Shown one piece after another: positions 20,193 through 30,737 of a stretch of 64,000 nucleotides of DNA. How positions within the stretch are numbered: position 1 is the stretch's first letter; each line of letters begins with the position of its first letter. The position numbers and the translations under genes were made by a program. The notes under the pieces were generated by a model, which worked only from the letters and a program-made list of their open reading frames with translations, was not told where the DNA came from and made no database searches. The DNA comes from Armatimonadota bacterium (GTDB lineage: Bacteria > Armatimonadota > UBA5829 > DSUL01). The stretch is from positions 576,001 to 640,000 of the forward strand of contig JBDHZC010000002.1 of NCBI GenBank assembly GCA_039811685.1. The letters are read 5' to 3'.

Positions 20193-20381
20193 GTGGAGAT
20201 TGAAGCCACCTGGTACTGCGGTTACTGCGGAGAAGAAAACAGCTCTGTTGTTGACATCACAGCGGGAGACGAGCAGACGTTCGTCGAAGACTGCTCTGTT
20301 TGCTGCAACCCCAACACCCTGCACATTGCTGTTGACCGTGACAACGAAGATGTGGATATAGAGGCGGAATACGAAGGCTAG
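20193..20381 (+). CDS. CPXCG-motif cysteine-rich small protein
   Basis: CGYCGEEN...QTFVEDCSVCCNP; GAGGAGG RBS. Confidence 0.85.
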   Translation: MEIEATWYCGYCGEENSSVVDITAGDEQTFVEDCSVCCNPNTLHIAVDRDNEDVDIEAEYEG

Positions 20382-20449
20382 ATGCGCCTCATTCGGGCCC
20401 AATACTTAGGCGCGCACAAGCGCAGGCGAGAGTACCGGGTCCGGACGAG

Positions 20450-21022
20450 CTAGGCCGCGATCGCCAGTCCAGCATCCCGGCCAGGTATGATCACGGTGGA
20501 CACCGAACGTTGACGCTGGGCAGCGCCGGACCAGGCAAAGGGCGCCTGGGCCTCGACAACGAGGTTCAGATGCATGTCGCCTACAATCATATGCAGAGGT
20601 ATCTCGAGCGCCGGTAGATTTACAGGGCTGAGCCGCTCATCCTGTCCCAGCACGAGACTGGACCATACGGGATAGCAGATTGCGCCATTGTCCTCCAGCA
20701 AAGCCAGTGAAGCGTCAGTGATGATGCTCCCCAACTCCGTCAGAGCGCTTAGCTCCAGCGTGCCCAGTTTGTCCGGCGGCGCCTGCAGCATCTGGGCGCC
20801 CAGACTTCGGGCGCTCTCAACGGTAAACCCAAACAGTATCTGTCCGGTCACATCTCCGGAAAACCTGGAGACAACCGTGACATCATCCCGCGTAAACTGT
20901 GCGGGCGTGATCTGGATCTGTCCTTCTTTGGGGCGATAGTTGACAATGTCGTGCAGGACATTGCCAGCGGCTCTGATAACAGTCTGGGCAATATCCTGCC
21001 TGGTGAGGTGGGCGTTTTCCAT
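20450..21022 (-). CDS. cheX: CheX/CheC-family protein
   Basis: FSGDVTGQILFGF...A..L...ML...SALTELGSII pattern; downstream of cheY. Confidence 0.75.
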   Translation of the reverse strand: MENAHLTRQDIAQTVIRAAGNVLHDIVNYRPKEGQIQITPAQFTRDDVTVVSRFSGDVTGQILFGFTVESARSLGAQMLQAPPDKLGTLELSALTELGSIITDASLALLEDNGAICYPVWSSLVLGQDERLSPVNLPALEIPLHMIVGDMHLNLVVEAQAPFAWSGAAQRQRSVSTVIIPGRDAGLAIAA

Positions 21023-21085
21023 AGCATATTCTCCGAGGAAGAGGCGTGGAGTGTTCAGATGAGGCGAAAAATGGGCAATGCGGGG

Positions 21086-21448
21086 CTATCCGATGAGTTT
21101 CTTCACACTGCGGATGACTTTGGTGTCGCAGAAGGGCTTGGTGACGAAGGCGGCGGCGCCCGCAACCATAGCCTCCACCAGCAACGAGCGCTGGCCAGTG
21201 CTTGAGCACATCAAGATGGTGGCGTCCGGGTCGATCTCTCGTATCTGCCGAACTGCGGCGACGCCGTCCATCTCTGGCATGGAGATATCCATAGTCACGA
21301 GATCAGGGCGCAGCTCGCGGTACTGCTCCACGGCCTCCCTGCCGTTGCTGGCCTCCCCGACAACGCGGTAGCCACGCGAGAGCAAAATGTTCTTGAGCAG
21401 TGTGCGCGAATACAGAGTATCGTCTGTTACGAGTACACTCTTGGACAT
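21086..21448 (-). CDS. cheY: Single-domain response regulator, CheY-like
   Basis: VLVTDD, PDLVTMDISMPEMDG, MCSS, KPF; GGAGG RBS before ATG 21448. Confidence 0.85.
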   Translation of the reverse strand: MSKSVLVTDDTLYSRTLLKNILLSRGYRVVGEASNGREAVEQYRELRPDLVTMDISMPEMDGVAAVRQIREIDPDATILMCSSTGQRSLLVEAMVAGAAAFVTKPFCDTKVIRSVKKLIG

Positions 21449-21860
21449 GCAAAAAACCTCCGGCTGAGAACGCACAGGATGTGAGCGCTTCTGGTGGGCG
21501 ATTGGCGACGGGCGTTTTGACATCCGCGCCTGGAAGAGGTTGTGAGTCGTATGCGGGGCGTCTGGCAAAGAGCAGGACCTGTGGATGTTGATCCTGGCCG
21601 GCTGGTGGTATGGGCTTTACAGCCGGCTTTCCCTGCGCTGGAGCGCAGGAGCCCGACGCCAGAGACGGCAGCAAAGTGAGCGATCCGCCGTCTGTTCGCT
21701 GGTAGATTTTGGATTCAACGCGCGATGCGGTTGAACGCTTACATCAGAAATATCCCATACCCCGGGCCTTTCACCCGCCCGTGAGAGTACGAGTTTTGGG
21801 ATGCAGGTGGCTGGGTGCGGGTTTGTCTTTCAGAAAGCTGGATGCGCGATGGAAGGAGCG

Positions 21861-22940
21861 CTACGGCTCTTCGGAACTCGATGGCCCACTCTTGCGCGGA
21901 CGCCGGGTAGATGCATGTGCCGAGGACTCAGAAGAGGGCAGGGCCTCCGGCTCTCTCAGACTGTCCGTTTGCAGAACGTGAACTCCAACGCCTTCCGTCA
22001 CAAAAAAGTCCCGATCATCGGCCCGCAGCCAGTGGACCCGCGCATTCCTGCCCAGATTTCGGGTGGCTATCAGGCGCAGCAGACTCGAGTCGCGCGGCTC
22101 GGCCGCGTTCAGCGCCGCGCCAGTCATCCTCACCATCAAAACCAGCACCGCCACCAGAACCAGAACTATCAGCCCGGCCAGTAGCAGCCAGGAGGCGCTC
22201 CAGCCCGCAACCCCGGCATTGCCGAGGCGAAAGCTGGCAGGTGAGCGCTGACCCTGCTTCACCACAATTCCGGACAGACTCTGAGGCCCAAATCCCGCTT
22301 TTGAAGCTGTGACGGTATAGGTTCCCTGTTCGACCCCCGCAATAAAATAGCTGCCATCCGATTTGCTGGTGGAGACGTAGTTGCCATGATCCGTGACGAT
22401 GTTAACGCCGTCAATCGGACGGGACTGGGCATCCGTTACTGTGCCGTAAATCTGCTGCTCCGCCGCCTTGCGCGCCTCTGGAGAGAGCGAGGAGACGTTC
22501 TTCTCGGGCGGAAAACGCCTATCCTCAGTGGCGGACAGATTCTCTAACGCCTTATGAGGCTCTTCGCTAACTTTGGACGGAGCTGGAACCGGCTTAGCAT
22601 CTACCTGAGGCGTCCCGTCAGGCGCTGGAGCAGAAGGCGGCTTCAACGCGGCTGCCGGAGTCTGCTTGCTCTCAGTGGTGGGAGAAGCGGGCTTCGGCGG
22701 CAGCTTTTTCACTGGCACAGAAATGCGCGTGCCTGTGTAGAGGAGATCCGGATTGCCTCTCGGAAAGCGCGCGCGGTTGAGCTGAATGAGCTGGGACAGT
22801 GGGACGTTGTAGATCCGGGCGATGTCCGCCAGACTCTCACCCTTGCGTACCGTGTGCGTGACCACGGCAGACATAACTGACGTGGACACCAGAAGGATCA
22901 CTCCCAGGACAAGCGCCGTAACAGCGGTCCTCACGCGCAT
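21861..22940 (-). CDS. LysM + carboxypeptidase-regulatory-like domain + TM + FliO-like C-terminus
   Basis: HTVRKGESLADIARIYNV..L..LN; IYGTVTD...DGSYFI.GV..GTYTVTASKAGF; TM; LRLIATRNLGRNARVHWLRADDRDFFV. Confidence 0.7.
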   Translation of the reverse strand: MRVRTAVTALVLGVILLVSTSVMSAVVTHTVRKGESLADIARIYNVPLSQLIQLNRARFPRGNPDLLYTGTRISVPVKKLPPKPASPTTESKQTPAAALKPPSAPAPDGTPQVDAKPVPAPSKVSEEPHKALENLSATEDRRFPPEKNVSSLSPEARKAAEQQIYGTVTDAQSRPIDGVNIVTDHGNYVSTSKSDGSYFIAGVEQGTYTVTASKAGFGPQSLSGIVVKQGQRSPASFRLGNAGVAGWSASWLLLAGLIVLVLVAVLVLMVRMTGAALNAAEPRDSSLLRLIATRNLGRNARVHWLRADDRDFFVTEGVGVHVLQTDSLREPEALPSSESSAHASTRRPRKSGPSSSEEP

Positions 22941-23339
22941 ATATCGAAAACTACCTTTCCTCTCACAGCAAGCGTTCGCACCTCGCGCCGTCTTCCGCGC
23001 CGATCTCGCCGTAACCGTCCCGCCTTCCCTGCTGAACGTCCCGTGGAGTCCTTCCGTGGAGCAATGGGGAGCCCGTACAATCACCAGTCGCCTCATCATA
23101 TCACCCGGTATCCACCAAACGCAAGTCGTTGTGGTCAAACAGTTGGGCAACCCCAAGGTATTGAGAAATTCACAGATGCAATGCGGGAGAGAAGGCGCCG
23201 TCGGAAGCGCTTGCGCGAAGGAAGGAATGGCTATTTGGCAGGCGAGTTTGGGAGATGACGGGTATTCTGTCACTACAATCTCACGCGGGCTTCTGTGTCA
23301 CAGAACAGCGCCCGCAAAAGCAAGGCATGGAAACGCACG

Positions 23340-24098
23340 ATGGTTAAAATTCCGATTGGTCTTCAAATGTTTACGCTGCGCGACGAAGCTGGCAAAGACT
23401 TTGCCGGCACGCTCAAAGCTGTTTCAGAGATCGGGTATGACGGGGTGGAGTTGGCAGGCGACGGTGGACTGAGCGCGAAGGAGCTGAAGAAGCTGCTGGA
23501 TGATCTGGGGCTGGCCTGCGCCGGAGCTCACGAAGGACTCGAAAAGCTGGAAACCAGCCTGAACGCAGTTGTGGATTTTCACAAGGAGCTGAACAGCAAG
23601 TTTATCGCGATTCCATTCCTGGGCGAGGAGCGCCGCAAAGGCGCGGAAGGCTGGAAGAAGACCGCCGGGATTATGACGGAGATCGGACACAAACTGCGGG
23701 AAGAAGGCCTGCAGCTCTGCTACCACAACCACGCTTTTGAATTCGAAAAGTTCGATGGGCAGTATGCTCTGGACATTCTGTACGAAAACACTGACGCGGA
23801 AGCTGTACAGGCAGAGCTGGATACTTACTGGGTGAAGTATGGCGGGGAAGACCCTATTGAGTACATTGAAAAGCTGGAGCACAGAGTTCCGCTGATTCAC
23901 CTGAAGGACATGGCCGCCACAGAAGACCGCACGTTCGCGGAAGTCGGCGAAGGCACTCTGGACATTCAGGGCATCTTCAACGCCGCCGAAAAAGCGCATG
24001 CGCGCTGGATGATTGTGGAGCAGGACTCCTGCAAGCGCCCGCCGCTTGAGAGTGTAAAGATCAGTCTGGACAATCTCAAGAAGATGGGGCTGGCATAA
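23340..24098 (+). CDS. Sugar phosphate isomerase/epimerase (IolE/XylA-like)
   Basis: GLQMFTLR, YHNHAFEF, ELDTYW, IHLKD, VEQD. Confidence 0.9.
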   Translation: MVKIPIGLQMFTLRDEAGKDFAGTLKAVSEIGYDGVELAGDGGLSAKELKKLLDDLGLACAGAHEGLEKLETSLNAVVDFHKELNSKFIAIPFLGEERRKGAEGWKKTAGIMTEIGHKLREEGLQLCYHNHAFEFEKFDGQYALDILYENTDAEAVQAELDTYWVKYGGEDPIEYIEKLEHRVPLIHLKDMAATEDRTFAEVGEGTLDIQGIFNAAEKAHARWMIVEQDSCKRPPLESVKISLDNLKKMGLA

Positions 24099-24117
24099 GA
24101 GGCTGACTCTCGGGCAG

Positions 24118-24885
24118 ATGGGACGCATTCCGATAGCGCTGACCATGTACACCGTTCGCCAGAGCGCTTCAGAGGACTATCTGGGCACTGTGCGGCAGGT
24201 GGCGCAGATGGGATACGAAGGTATCCAGACGCACTTTCAGGTCACGGACCCAAAGGAGCTGCGGACTCTGGCGGACGATATGGGCTTTGAGATCGCCGGA
24301 GTTCACACTGCATGGGAGGCGCTCGTGAATGACTTTGACGCGGCAGTGGAGTATAACAAAGCGCTTCGCTGCCGCGACATTTCGTGTCCCAGCCTGCCGC
24401 CAGAATTCCGTTCCGCGGAAGGCTTTGCGGAAGCGGGGCGCGTTTTGAGCGACATCGGGCGCAGACTGCGAGAGCGTGAGCTGCGCCTGACCTACCACAA
24501 CCATGCTTTTGAGTTCCAGAGCTTTGAGGGGCAAAGCGGCTACGACATTCTGTTTGAATCAGCGGACGCTCAGGCACTGGCGACTGAACTGGATGTGTAC
24601 TGGTTGGAGCATGCGGGGCAGGATCCCGTAACGTTTATCCGCCGCTTTGCCGGGCGCGCCCCCCTGCTGCACATCAAGGATATGGAAGCGGGCGAGGAGC
24701 GCTTCTTTGCGGAGGTTGGAGAGGGCATTCTGGACTGGCCAGCTATCTTCCAAGCGGCACAGGACGCCGCCGTAGAGTGGATGATTGTGGAGCAGGATGA
24801 GTGCCGCAGACCGCCTCTGGAGAGCGCGAGAATCAGCCTGGAGAACGCGCTGCGGTTCAGAGAGGACGCACAGTCAACGTCATAG
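24118..24885 (+). CDS. Sugar phosphate isomerase/epimerase, tandem paralog
   Basis: YTVR, YHNHAFEF, ELDVYW, LHIKD, VEQD. Confidence 0.9.
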   Translation: MGRIPIALTMYTVRQSASEDYLGTVRQVAQMGYEGIQTHFQVTDPKELRTLADDMGFEIAGVHTAWEALVNDFDAAVEYNKALRCRDISCPSLPPEFRSAEGFAEAGRVLSDIGRRLRERELRLTYHNHAFEFQSFEGQSGYDILFESADAQALATELDVYWLEHAGQDPVTFIRRFAGRAPLLHIKDMEAGEERFFAEVGEGILDWPAIFQAAQDAAVEWMIVEQDECRRPPLESARISLENALRFREDAQSTS

Positions 24886-24958
24886 CCGCGTGGACCGGGT
24901 TCGCAGCGGAGAAAGACTCAGGCAGATGGACTGGGATGTCTTGCGAAAAACAGGCTGA

Positions 24959-26272
24959 GTGATGAAGTTTCCGACGCAACTGTCATTCTCGCAATATCCT
25001 CTTCGCCTGAGACGGGCACTTGTTATCGGGATGGCTGTGGGTTTTCTATGGCTGTATCCGGCCTGGGGTCCACTCAAAGCAGTCGGCTTTGAGACTGACG
25101 GAGTTGATCCGATGCGTGTCGCGCGCATATTGGCGCCACTTCTGCTGTGGCTGGTGATTCCCCGGCGCGCGTACCGGGAGGTGCTGTGCTCCTTTTTCGG
25201 CGCGCCGCTGTCCGGCAGGATGCGATGGACACGCACACTTCTACTCACATGCCTGATCTTCAGCGCGTTTCCCCTGCTGACAGGTATTCTGAACACCAGC
25301 ATGCCCTTCGTCATAGCGGCTGTGCTTCCGATGGTGACGAGTATTCTGGCGCTGATAGGCGTGTGTATGCTGGACGATGAGACGCTGCGCGTGGTATTTC
25401 TGGGAGTTGCGCTGGTCGCGTTCGGCTTCGTCGCGGCCGGCATTGCCACAACGGGGCTGATGCCCTCCACCTACTTCGGGCGGCCACGCGTCTCTTTCGG
25501 CTTCTTTCACCCGACTTTCTCAGGAACAGCCCTTCTGGCGGCGGCCGTTTTGCCTCCGATGGCAGTGTGGAACTGGGTTCAGAAACTAAAGATGCTGTGG
25601 AGGATCACACTTGCGCTGGCATACGGCGCTGTGTGCATGGCGCTGCTGCACATGGCACAGAGCCGTAACCTCTTCATTGCGGTGATTGTGTGCGTGGCGT
25701 GCTGGGCGCTTGCGATGGTGAGCGGGAGGCGCAGACGCTCTCTGGTCTTCAGTCTCATTCTCCTGGCGCCGCTTGCGGTGTATGCATTTGCGCTGTTTGG
25801 CAACTCCAGCGACCCAATCTGGGCCTATGTGGACGAGCTTTCGTCTTACAGGCTGACAATCTTCCAGGGATTTCTGGTCAATCTCGTGCAACAGAGTCAG
25901 GGAAGCCTGTTTCTCGCTCCCAACAACAGGCTGTATCAGTTCCTTTCCACCTACTCCGGGTTTGCCGCCGTAGAGTCCGTGTATCTGTCGCTGTTTTTCA
26001 ACTTCGGGCTCTTGTGCATGCTTTTCTTTGTGGGAGCGATTGCCTGGATAGGACTGAAGCTGTCGCGCTATCGCCGCACTGCGCTACCCTTTGGCGTTCT
26101 TTGTGGTGTGGTGCTCTACTATGCGCTGTCGGCGGAGGGGTTGACGGTGAGCAATCTGGCGGTGTTTCTGGCGTTTGCTTACGCGGTGCGCTCAGCGCTT
26201 CGGGCTAATGGATTGGCGGAGCCTGCGCCAGCAAGAGTTCAGGCATCAATGCGCCCTCAGACGGTGTCGTAG
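24959..26272 (+). CDS. Polytopic membrane protein, probable O-antigen polymerase/ligase (Wzy-like)
   Basis: About 11 TM segments, R.SFGFFHP, SRN and LSSYRL loops; first gene of a polysaccharide cluster. Confidence 0.7.
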   Translation: MMKFPTQLSFSQYPLRLRRALVIGMAVGFLWLYPAWGPLKAVGFETDGVDPMRVARILAPLLLWLVIPRRAYREVLCSFFGAPLSGRMRWTRTLLLTCLIFSAFPLLTGILNTSMPFVIAAVLPMVTSILALIGVCMLDDETLRVVFLGVALVAFGFVAAGIATTGLMPSTYFGRPRVSFGFFHPTFSGTALLAAAVLPPMAVWNWVQKLKMLWRITLALAYGAVCMALLHMAQSRNLFIAVIVCVACWALAMVSGRRRRSLVFSLILLAPLAVYAFALFGNSSDPIWAYVDELSSYRLTIFQGFLVNLVQQSQGSLFLAPNNRLYQFLSTYSGFAAVESVYLSLFFNFGLLCMLFFVGAIAWIGLKLSRYRRTALPFGVLCGVVLYYALSAEGLTVSNLAVFLAFAYAVRSALRANGLAEPAPARVQASMRPQTVS

Positions 26273-27390
26273 TGGCGCTGGAGGTTTTTGTCAACGCATC
26301 CAACATGGTTGGCGCAGGAGCTATGTCGCTGGGAGTGAGTCTGCTGCCAGAGCTCGCCAGGCGGCTGGACTCCTCCTGCGTTGTCGAAGTTCCCGATGTT
26401 CCCGAGATGCGTAGAGCCGCATTTGACGGCCCAGCTGCGGTAGTGTTTGTCCCGAGACCCGGTGGCTCTAACGAGCTTGCCCGAATGCGGGATCTGTTCG
26501 TGAGAATTCCACGCGAAATACGGCGCAGAGGCTCCCGGGTGTGCCTGACACTTGGCGATATTGGGCCAGTATCCCTGAAATGCCCGCACGTTGTCTTCTG
26601 TCAGCAGGCTTTGCTGGTCTATGAAGGCGGCTTTGACACATGGTCTGGACTGAAAAAAGGGTATCTGACGCGGCACTTCGCCGCCTCAGCCCGGCGGGCC
26701 GCCGCTGTCGCGGTACAGACTCCGGTGATGGCCGCCCGTCTGAGCGAGCGCTTCCGCATCGAACCCGAGCGCATTCATGTTATCGGACAGCCTGCGCCGG
26801 ATCATGTCGCAGCACGCATGGACTCTGCGGAAGCGAACGAGGTGATAGCAGCGTGCGAAAAGCCTGTGAAACTGCTGTTTCTGGCGGCGTCATATCCGCT
26901 GAAAAACCACCGTATCCTCTCCGCTCTGTGCGCGGAGCTGAAGCGGCGCGGGATGGAGAAAGACGTAGAAATTTTTCTAACCCTCAGAGAGGACGCCGCA
27001 GCGCTTCGCGAGCTGCGAGGTTGTGAGGAGATCGTAACGAACCTCGGGCGGCTCTCGCAGGATGAGGTTGCCGGAGCCTTGAAGGCAGCCGACGCTCTAT
27101 TTCTGCCCACACTTCTCGAAAGCTACGGGCTGGTGTATGTGGAGGCGCTGGTGTGCGGGCGTCCGGTGATTACAAGCGACAGGGATTTTGCGCGGTATAT
27201 GTGCGGAGAGTTTGGCATCTACTTCGAGCCAACTTCGCCGCAGTCCGCTGCGGAGGCTATCGGCGCGTTCGCAGCGCGCAAAGAGGAGATTGGCCGAATG
27301 CAGGGTGTGGAGCGGCACCTGGCGCAGTTTCCTCCTGACTGGGGAAGCGTGGCTGATGAGTTCGTGCGGATGATTCGGGAGGCTTGCTGA
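26272..27390 (+). CDS. Glycosyltransferase family 4
   Basis: [21 protein letters not shown]. Confidence 0.88.
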   Translation: MALEVFVNASNMVGAGAMSLGVSLLPELARRLDSSCVVEVPDVPEMRRAAFDGPAAVVFVPRPGGSNELARMRDLFVRIPREIRRRGSRVCLTLGDIGPVSLKCPHVVFCQQALLVYEGGFDTWSGLKKGYLTRHFAASARRAAAVAVQTPVMAARLSERFRIEPERIHVIGQPAPDHVAARMDSAEANEVIAACEKPVKLLFLAASYPLKNHRILSALCAELKRRGMEKDVEIFLTLREDAAALRELRGCEEIVTNLGRLSQDEVAGALKAADALFLPTLLESYGLVYVEALVCGRPVITSDRDFARYMCGEFGIYFEPTSPQSAAEAIGAFAARKEEIGRMQGVERHLAQFPPDWGSVADEFVRMIREAC

Positions 27391-27457
27391 CTGCGGAGCA
27401 GGAGCGCGGCTTGAAGTGCTATCATCCGCTGAGAAAACGCAAGGCGAGAGAGGACTA

Positions 27458-28504
27458 TTGAAGAAAGCGCTGATTTCGGGAGTTACGGGGCAGGACGGGT
27501 CGTATCTGGTGGAGTTTCTACTGAAGAAGGGCTACCAGGTTCACGGGATCATCCGCAGAGCATCAACCTTCAATACCGACCGCATTGACGCGATTTATCA
27601 GGACCCTCATGAGGCGGATGTGCGCCTGTTCCTTCACTACGGAGACCTCTCCGACGGCACGGGACTGAGGCGGATACTTGAAAGTGTCCAGCCGGATGAA
27701 GTGTACAATCTCGGCGCGCAGTCGCATGTCAAGGTTTCTTTCGAGCAGCCGGAGTACACGGCGGATGTGGTAGCGACCGGCGCTCTTCGGCTGCTGGAAG
27801 CGCTGCGGGACTACGTGAGCCTTTGCGGCAGGAAAGTGCGCTACTATCAGGCGGGCTCATCAGAGATGTACGGCAGCGCGCCGCCCCCGCAAAATGAGGC
27901 CACACCATTTCACCCCCGCAGCCCCTACGCGGTCGCCAAAGTGGCCGCACACTGGTACTCTGTGAACTACCGCGAATCGCATGCAATGTTCATCTGCAAC
28001 GGGATTCTTTTCAATCACGAGTCTCCGAGGCGGGGCGAAACGTTTGTCACACGCAAAATCACACGGGCGATTGGGCGCATTAAGCACGGCTTGCAGGAGA
28101 AGCTGTATCTGGGAAATCTCGACGCAAAGCGGGACTGGGGCTTCGCGGGTGACTATGTGGAAGCGATGTGGCTGATGCTGCAGCAGGATGAGCCGGATGA
28201 CTATGTGGTGGCGACTGGTGAATCGCGCAGCGTGCGAGAGTTTCTGGAGGAGTCTTTCGCGCTCGCGGAGATGGACTGGCAGCAGTACGTGGAGATTGAT
28301 CCCCGCTACTTCCGTCCCGCGGAGGTGGACTATCTGCTGGGCGATGCAAGCAAGGCGCGAGAGGCGCTGGGATGGACGCCGAAAGTGAGCTTCTGGGAGC
28401 TGGTGCGGATGATGGTGGAGCACGACATGGAACTGGCGCGCCAGGAACGCACGCTCAAGCAGGCCGGGCACAGAGTCACTCTCAGAGGAATCGCCAATGG
28501 ATAA
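27458..28504 (+). CDS. gmd: GDP-mannose 4,6-dehydratase
   Basis: [43 protein letters not shown]. Confidence 0.97.
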   Translation: MKKALISGVTGQDGSYLVEFLLKKGYQVHGIIRRASTFNTDRIDAIYQDPHEADVRLFLHYGDLSDGTGLRRILESVQPDEVYNLGAQSHVKVSFEQPEYTADVVATGALRLLEALRDYVSLCGRKVRYYQAGSSEMYGSAPPPQNEATPFHPRSPYAVAKVAAHWYSVNYRESHAMFICNGILFNHESPRRGETFVTRKITRAIGRIKHGLQEKLYLGNLDAKRDWGFAGDYVEAMWLMLQQDEPDDYVVATGESRSVREFLEESFALAEMDWQQYVEIDPRYFRPAEVDYLLGDASKAREALGWTPKVSFWELVRMMVEHDMELARQERTLKQAGHRVTLRGIANG

Positions 28505-29435
28505 GGATGCGCTTGTCTTTGTCGCGGGACACAGAGGGTTGGTTGGCTCCGCGCTGGTGCGCAGGCTGGAGCGCGATGGATATCAGAAGCTGGTGACACG
28601 CTCCCGGCAGGAGCTGGACCTGACCGATCAGCTTGCCGTTGACAGATTCTTCCGCGAGACTCATCCAGATTATGTCTTTCTGGCTGCGGCGCGCGTGGGC
28701 GGCATACTGGCCAATGACAGCTTCCCTGCCGACTTCATCCGGGACAACCTTCTGATTCAGACAAACGTCATTGACGCCGCCTACCGGAACGGAACAAGGA
28801 AGCTGCTTTTTCTGGGTTCTTCGTGCATCTACCCCCGCCTGGCCGAACAGCCGATTCGAGAGGACTGCCTTCTGACCGGACCACTGGAGAAGACCAACGA
28901 AGCCTACGCGGTAGCCAAAATTGCGGGAGTCAAGATGTGCGAAGCCTACCGGCGGCAGTACGGCTTTAACGCGATTACCCTGCAGCCGACCAACCTCTAC
29001 GGACCTAACGACAATTTTGACCTGAACTCCTCGCACGTTCTGCCCGCACTTCTGCGCAAGTTCCATGAGGCCAGGCAGCAAAGCAACCCGCAGGTGGTTG
29101 TCTGGGGCACCGGAAAGCCGCGCCGCGAGTTTCTGCACGTGGATGATCTGGCGGATGCAGCGCTGTTTCTGATGAACAGCTATGACGCAGCGGAGATGGT
29201 GAATGTCGGCACGGGCGAAGATTTGACGATTGGTGAGCTGGCGAATCTGGCGCGGGAGGTCACAGGCTACAGCGGAGAGATTGTCTATGACACGTCCCGA
29301 CCGGACGGCACACCGCGTAAGCTGCTGGATGTTTCCAGGCTCTTTGGTCTGGGCTGGCGGCCGAAAATCGGTCTCAGAGAGGGAATGCAAAGCACGTACG
29401 AGTGGTTTCTTGCAAACGAGACCGCGGCTGTGTAG
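28497..29435 (+). CDS. fcl: GDP-L-fucose synthase
   Basis: [42 protein letters not shown]. Confidence 0.97.
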   Translation: MDKDALVFVAGHRGLVGSALVRRLERDGYQKLVTRSRQELDLTDQLAVDRFFRETHPDYVFLAAARVGGILANDSFPADFIRDNLLIQTNVIDAAYRNGTRKLLFLGSSCIYPRLAEQPIREDCLLTGPLEKTNEAYAVAKIAGVKMCEAYRRQYGFNAITLQPTNLYGPNDNFDLNSSHVLPALLRKFHEARQQSNPQVVVWGTGKPRREFLHVDDLADAALFLMNSYDAAEMVNVGTGEDLTIGELANLAREVTGYSGEIVYDTSRPDGTPRKLLDVSRLFGLGWRPKIGLREGMQSTYEWFLANETAAV

Positions 29436-29688
29436 GAGCGCTTCCGAGAGCCGGATCAGGCGGAGCGTTCGGATTCAGGCTGTTGTGCAAATTTCGCAGC
29501 CTTGCGCTAAGATGCAACGTCTGGTCTTCGCTAAAGAGTCCGCTTCGGTAACACCTCATAAAAACACCAATTTTCATTCGACCGATGCGCCCGCGACGGC
29601 TCTTTCAGCCAGTCCAGTTTCAAGGATGAAAGTATCCGCCTGAGTTGTGCGCGAAAAGCGCTGCACGGGTACGGGAAGGGGAGTCAGT

Positions 29689-30723
29689 ATGTCAACTTTG
29701 GAAAACAGCCGCGTCCTGGTCACCGGCGCAGGCGGCTTTATCGGCCATCACCTTGTGAGTTTTCTCAAACAGAAGGGCTACTGGGTGCGGGGCGTTGACA
29801 TAAAGGAGCCCGAGTACGCGCCGACGGACGCTGATGAGTTCGAGCTTCTGGATCTGCGGCGCTGGGACAGTTGCCTGCAGGCGACACGCAGCATTGACGA
29901 AGTGTACGCTCTGGCGGCGGATATGGGCGGGATGGGCTTTATCTCCGCCAATCACGCGCAGATTCTGCACAACAACTCGTTGATTAACATTCACACCCTG
30001 GAGGCGGCAAGAGTCAACGGAGCGAAGCGCTATTTCTACACTTCATCAGCCTGCGTCTATCCGGAATACAGGCAAACCGACGCGCATGTCACGCCGCTGA
30101 AGGAAGAAGATGCCTATCCGGCTGCGCCCCAGGACGCCTATGGGTGGGAAAAGCTGGTGACAGAGCAGCTTTGCGCGCACTACCGCAACGACTACGGAAT
30201 ACAGACACGCACAGTGCGCTTTCACAACATCTTCGGTCCACTGGGGACGTGGGACGGTGGACGGGAAAAGGCGCCAGCCGCCATGTGCCGGAAAGTGGCG
30301 CAGGCGAAGCTCAGTGGCAATCACGAGATTGAAATCTGGGGTGACGGGGAGCAGACGCGCTCTTTCTGTTACATTGACGACTGCCTGGAAGGTATTTACC
30401 GCCTGATGCGCTCCGACTACGCTGAGCCGCTGAACCTCGGGTCCGATGAGCTGGTGACAATCAACCAACTGGCGGATATCGTTGCAGAAGTAGCCGGCAT
30501 AACGATAACCCGACGCCACGTGTCAGGGCCGCAGGGTGTGCGCGGGCGAAACTCCGACAATACGCGTCTGCGAGAAGTCTTGAAGTGGGAGCCCGCACTG
30601 ACGCTCAAACAGGGGATTGCGCGGACGTATCCGTGGATTGAAGAGCAGGTGCGAGAGCGGGAAGCGCTTGCGTATTCGAAAGAGGTGCTCATCAGCGACG
30701 CCTCTCGCATCGCTACTGTTTGA
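29689..30723 (+). CDS. GDP-mannose 3',5'-epimerase-like NAD-dependent epimerase
   Basis: LAADMGGMGFI, SSACVYP, PQDAYGWEKL, GGREKAPAAMCRK, GVRGRNSDN (GME signature). Confidence 0.9.
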   Translation: MSTLENSRVLVTGAGGFIGHHLVSFLKQKGYWVRGVDIKEPEYAPTDADEFELLDLRRWDSCLQATRSIDEVYALAADMGGMGFISANHAQILHNNSLINIHTLEAARVNGAKRYFYTSSACVYPEYRQTDAHVTPLKEEDAYPAAPQDAYGWEKLVTEQLCAHYRNDYGIQTRTVRFHNIFGPLGTWDGGREKAPAAMCRKVAQAKLSGNHEIEIWGDGEQTRSFCYIDDCLEGIYRLMRSDYAEPLNLGSDELVTINQLADIVAEVAGITITRRHVSGPQGVRGRNSDNTRLREVLKWEPALTLKQGIARTYPWIEEQVREREALAYSKEVLISDASRIATV

Positions 30724-30737
30724 GACATCGCTCTGCA

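Noticed and set aside
22941..23273. N-terminal extensions in the ORF track (also 2201, 4164, 15374, 21568, 38899, 39380)
   Set aside because: They overlap neighbouring genes or promoters; better starts with an RBS or domain boundary lie downstream
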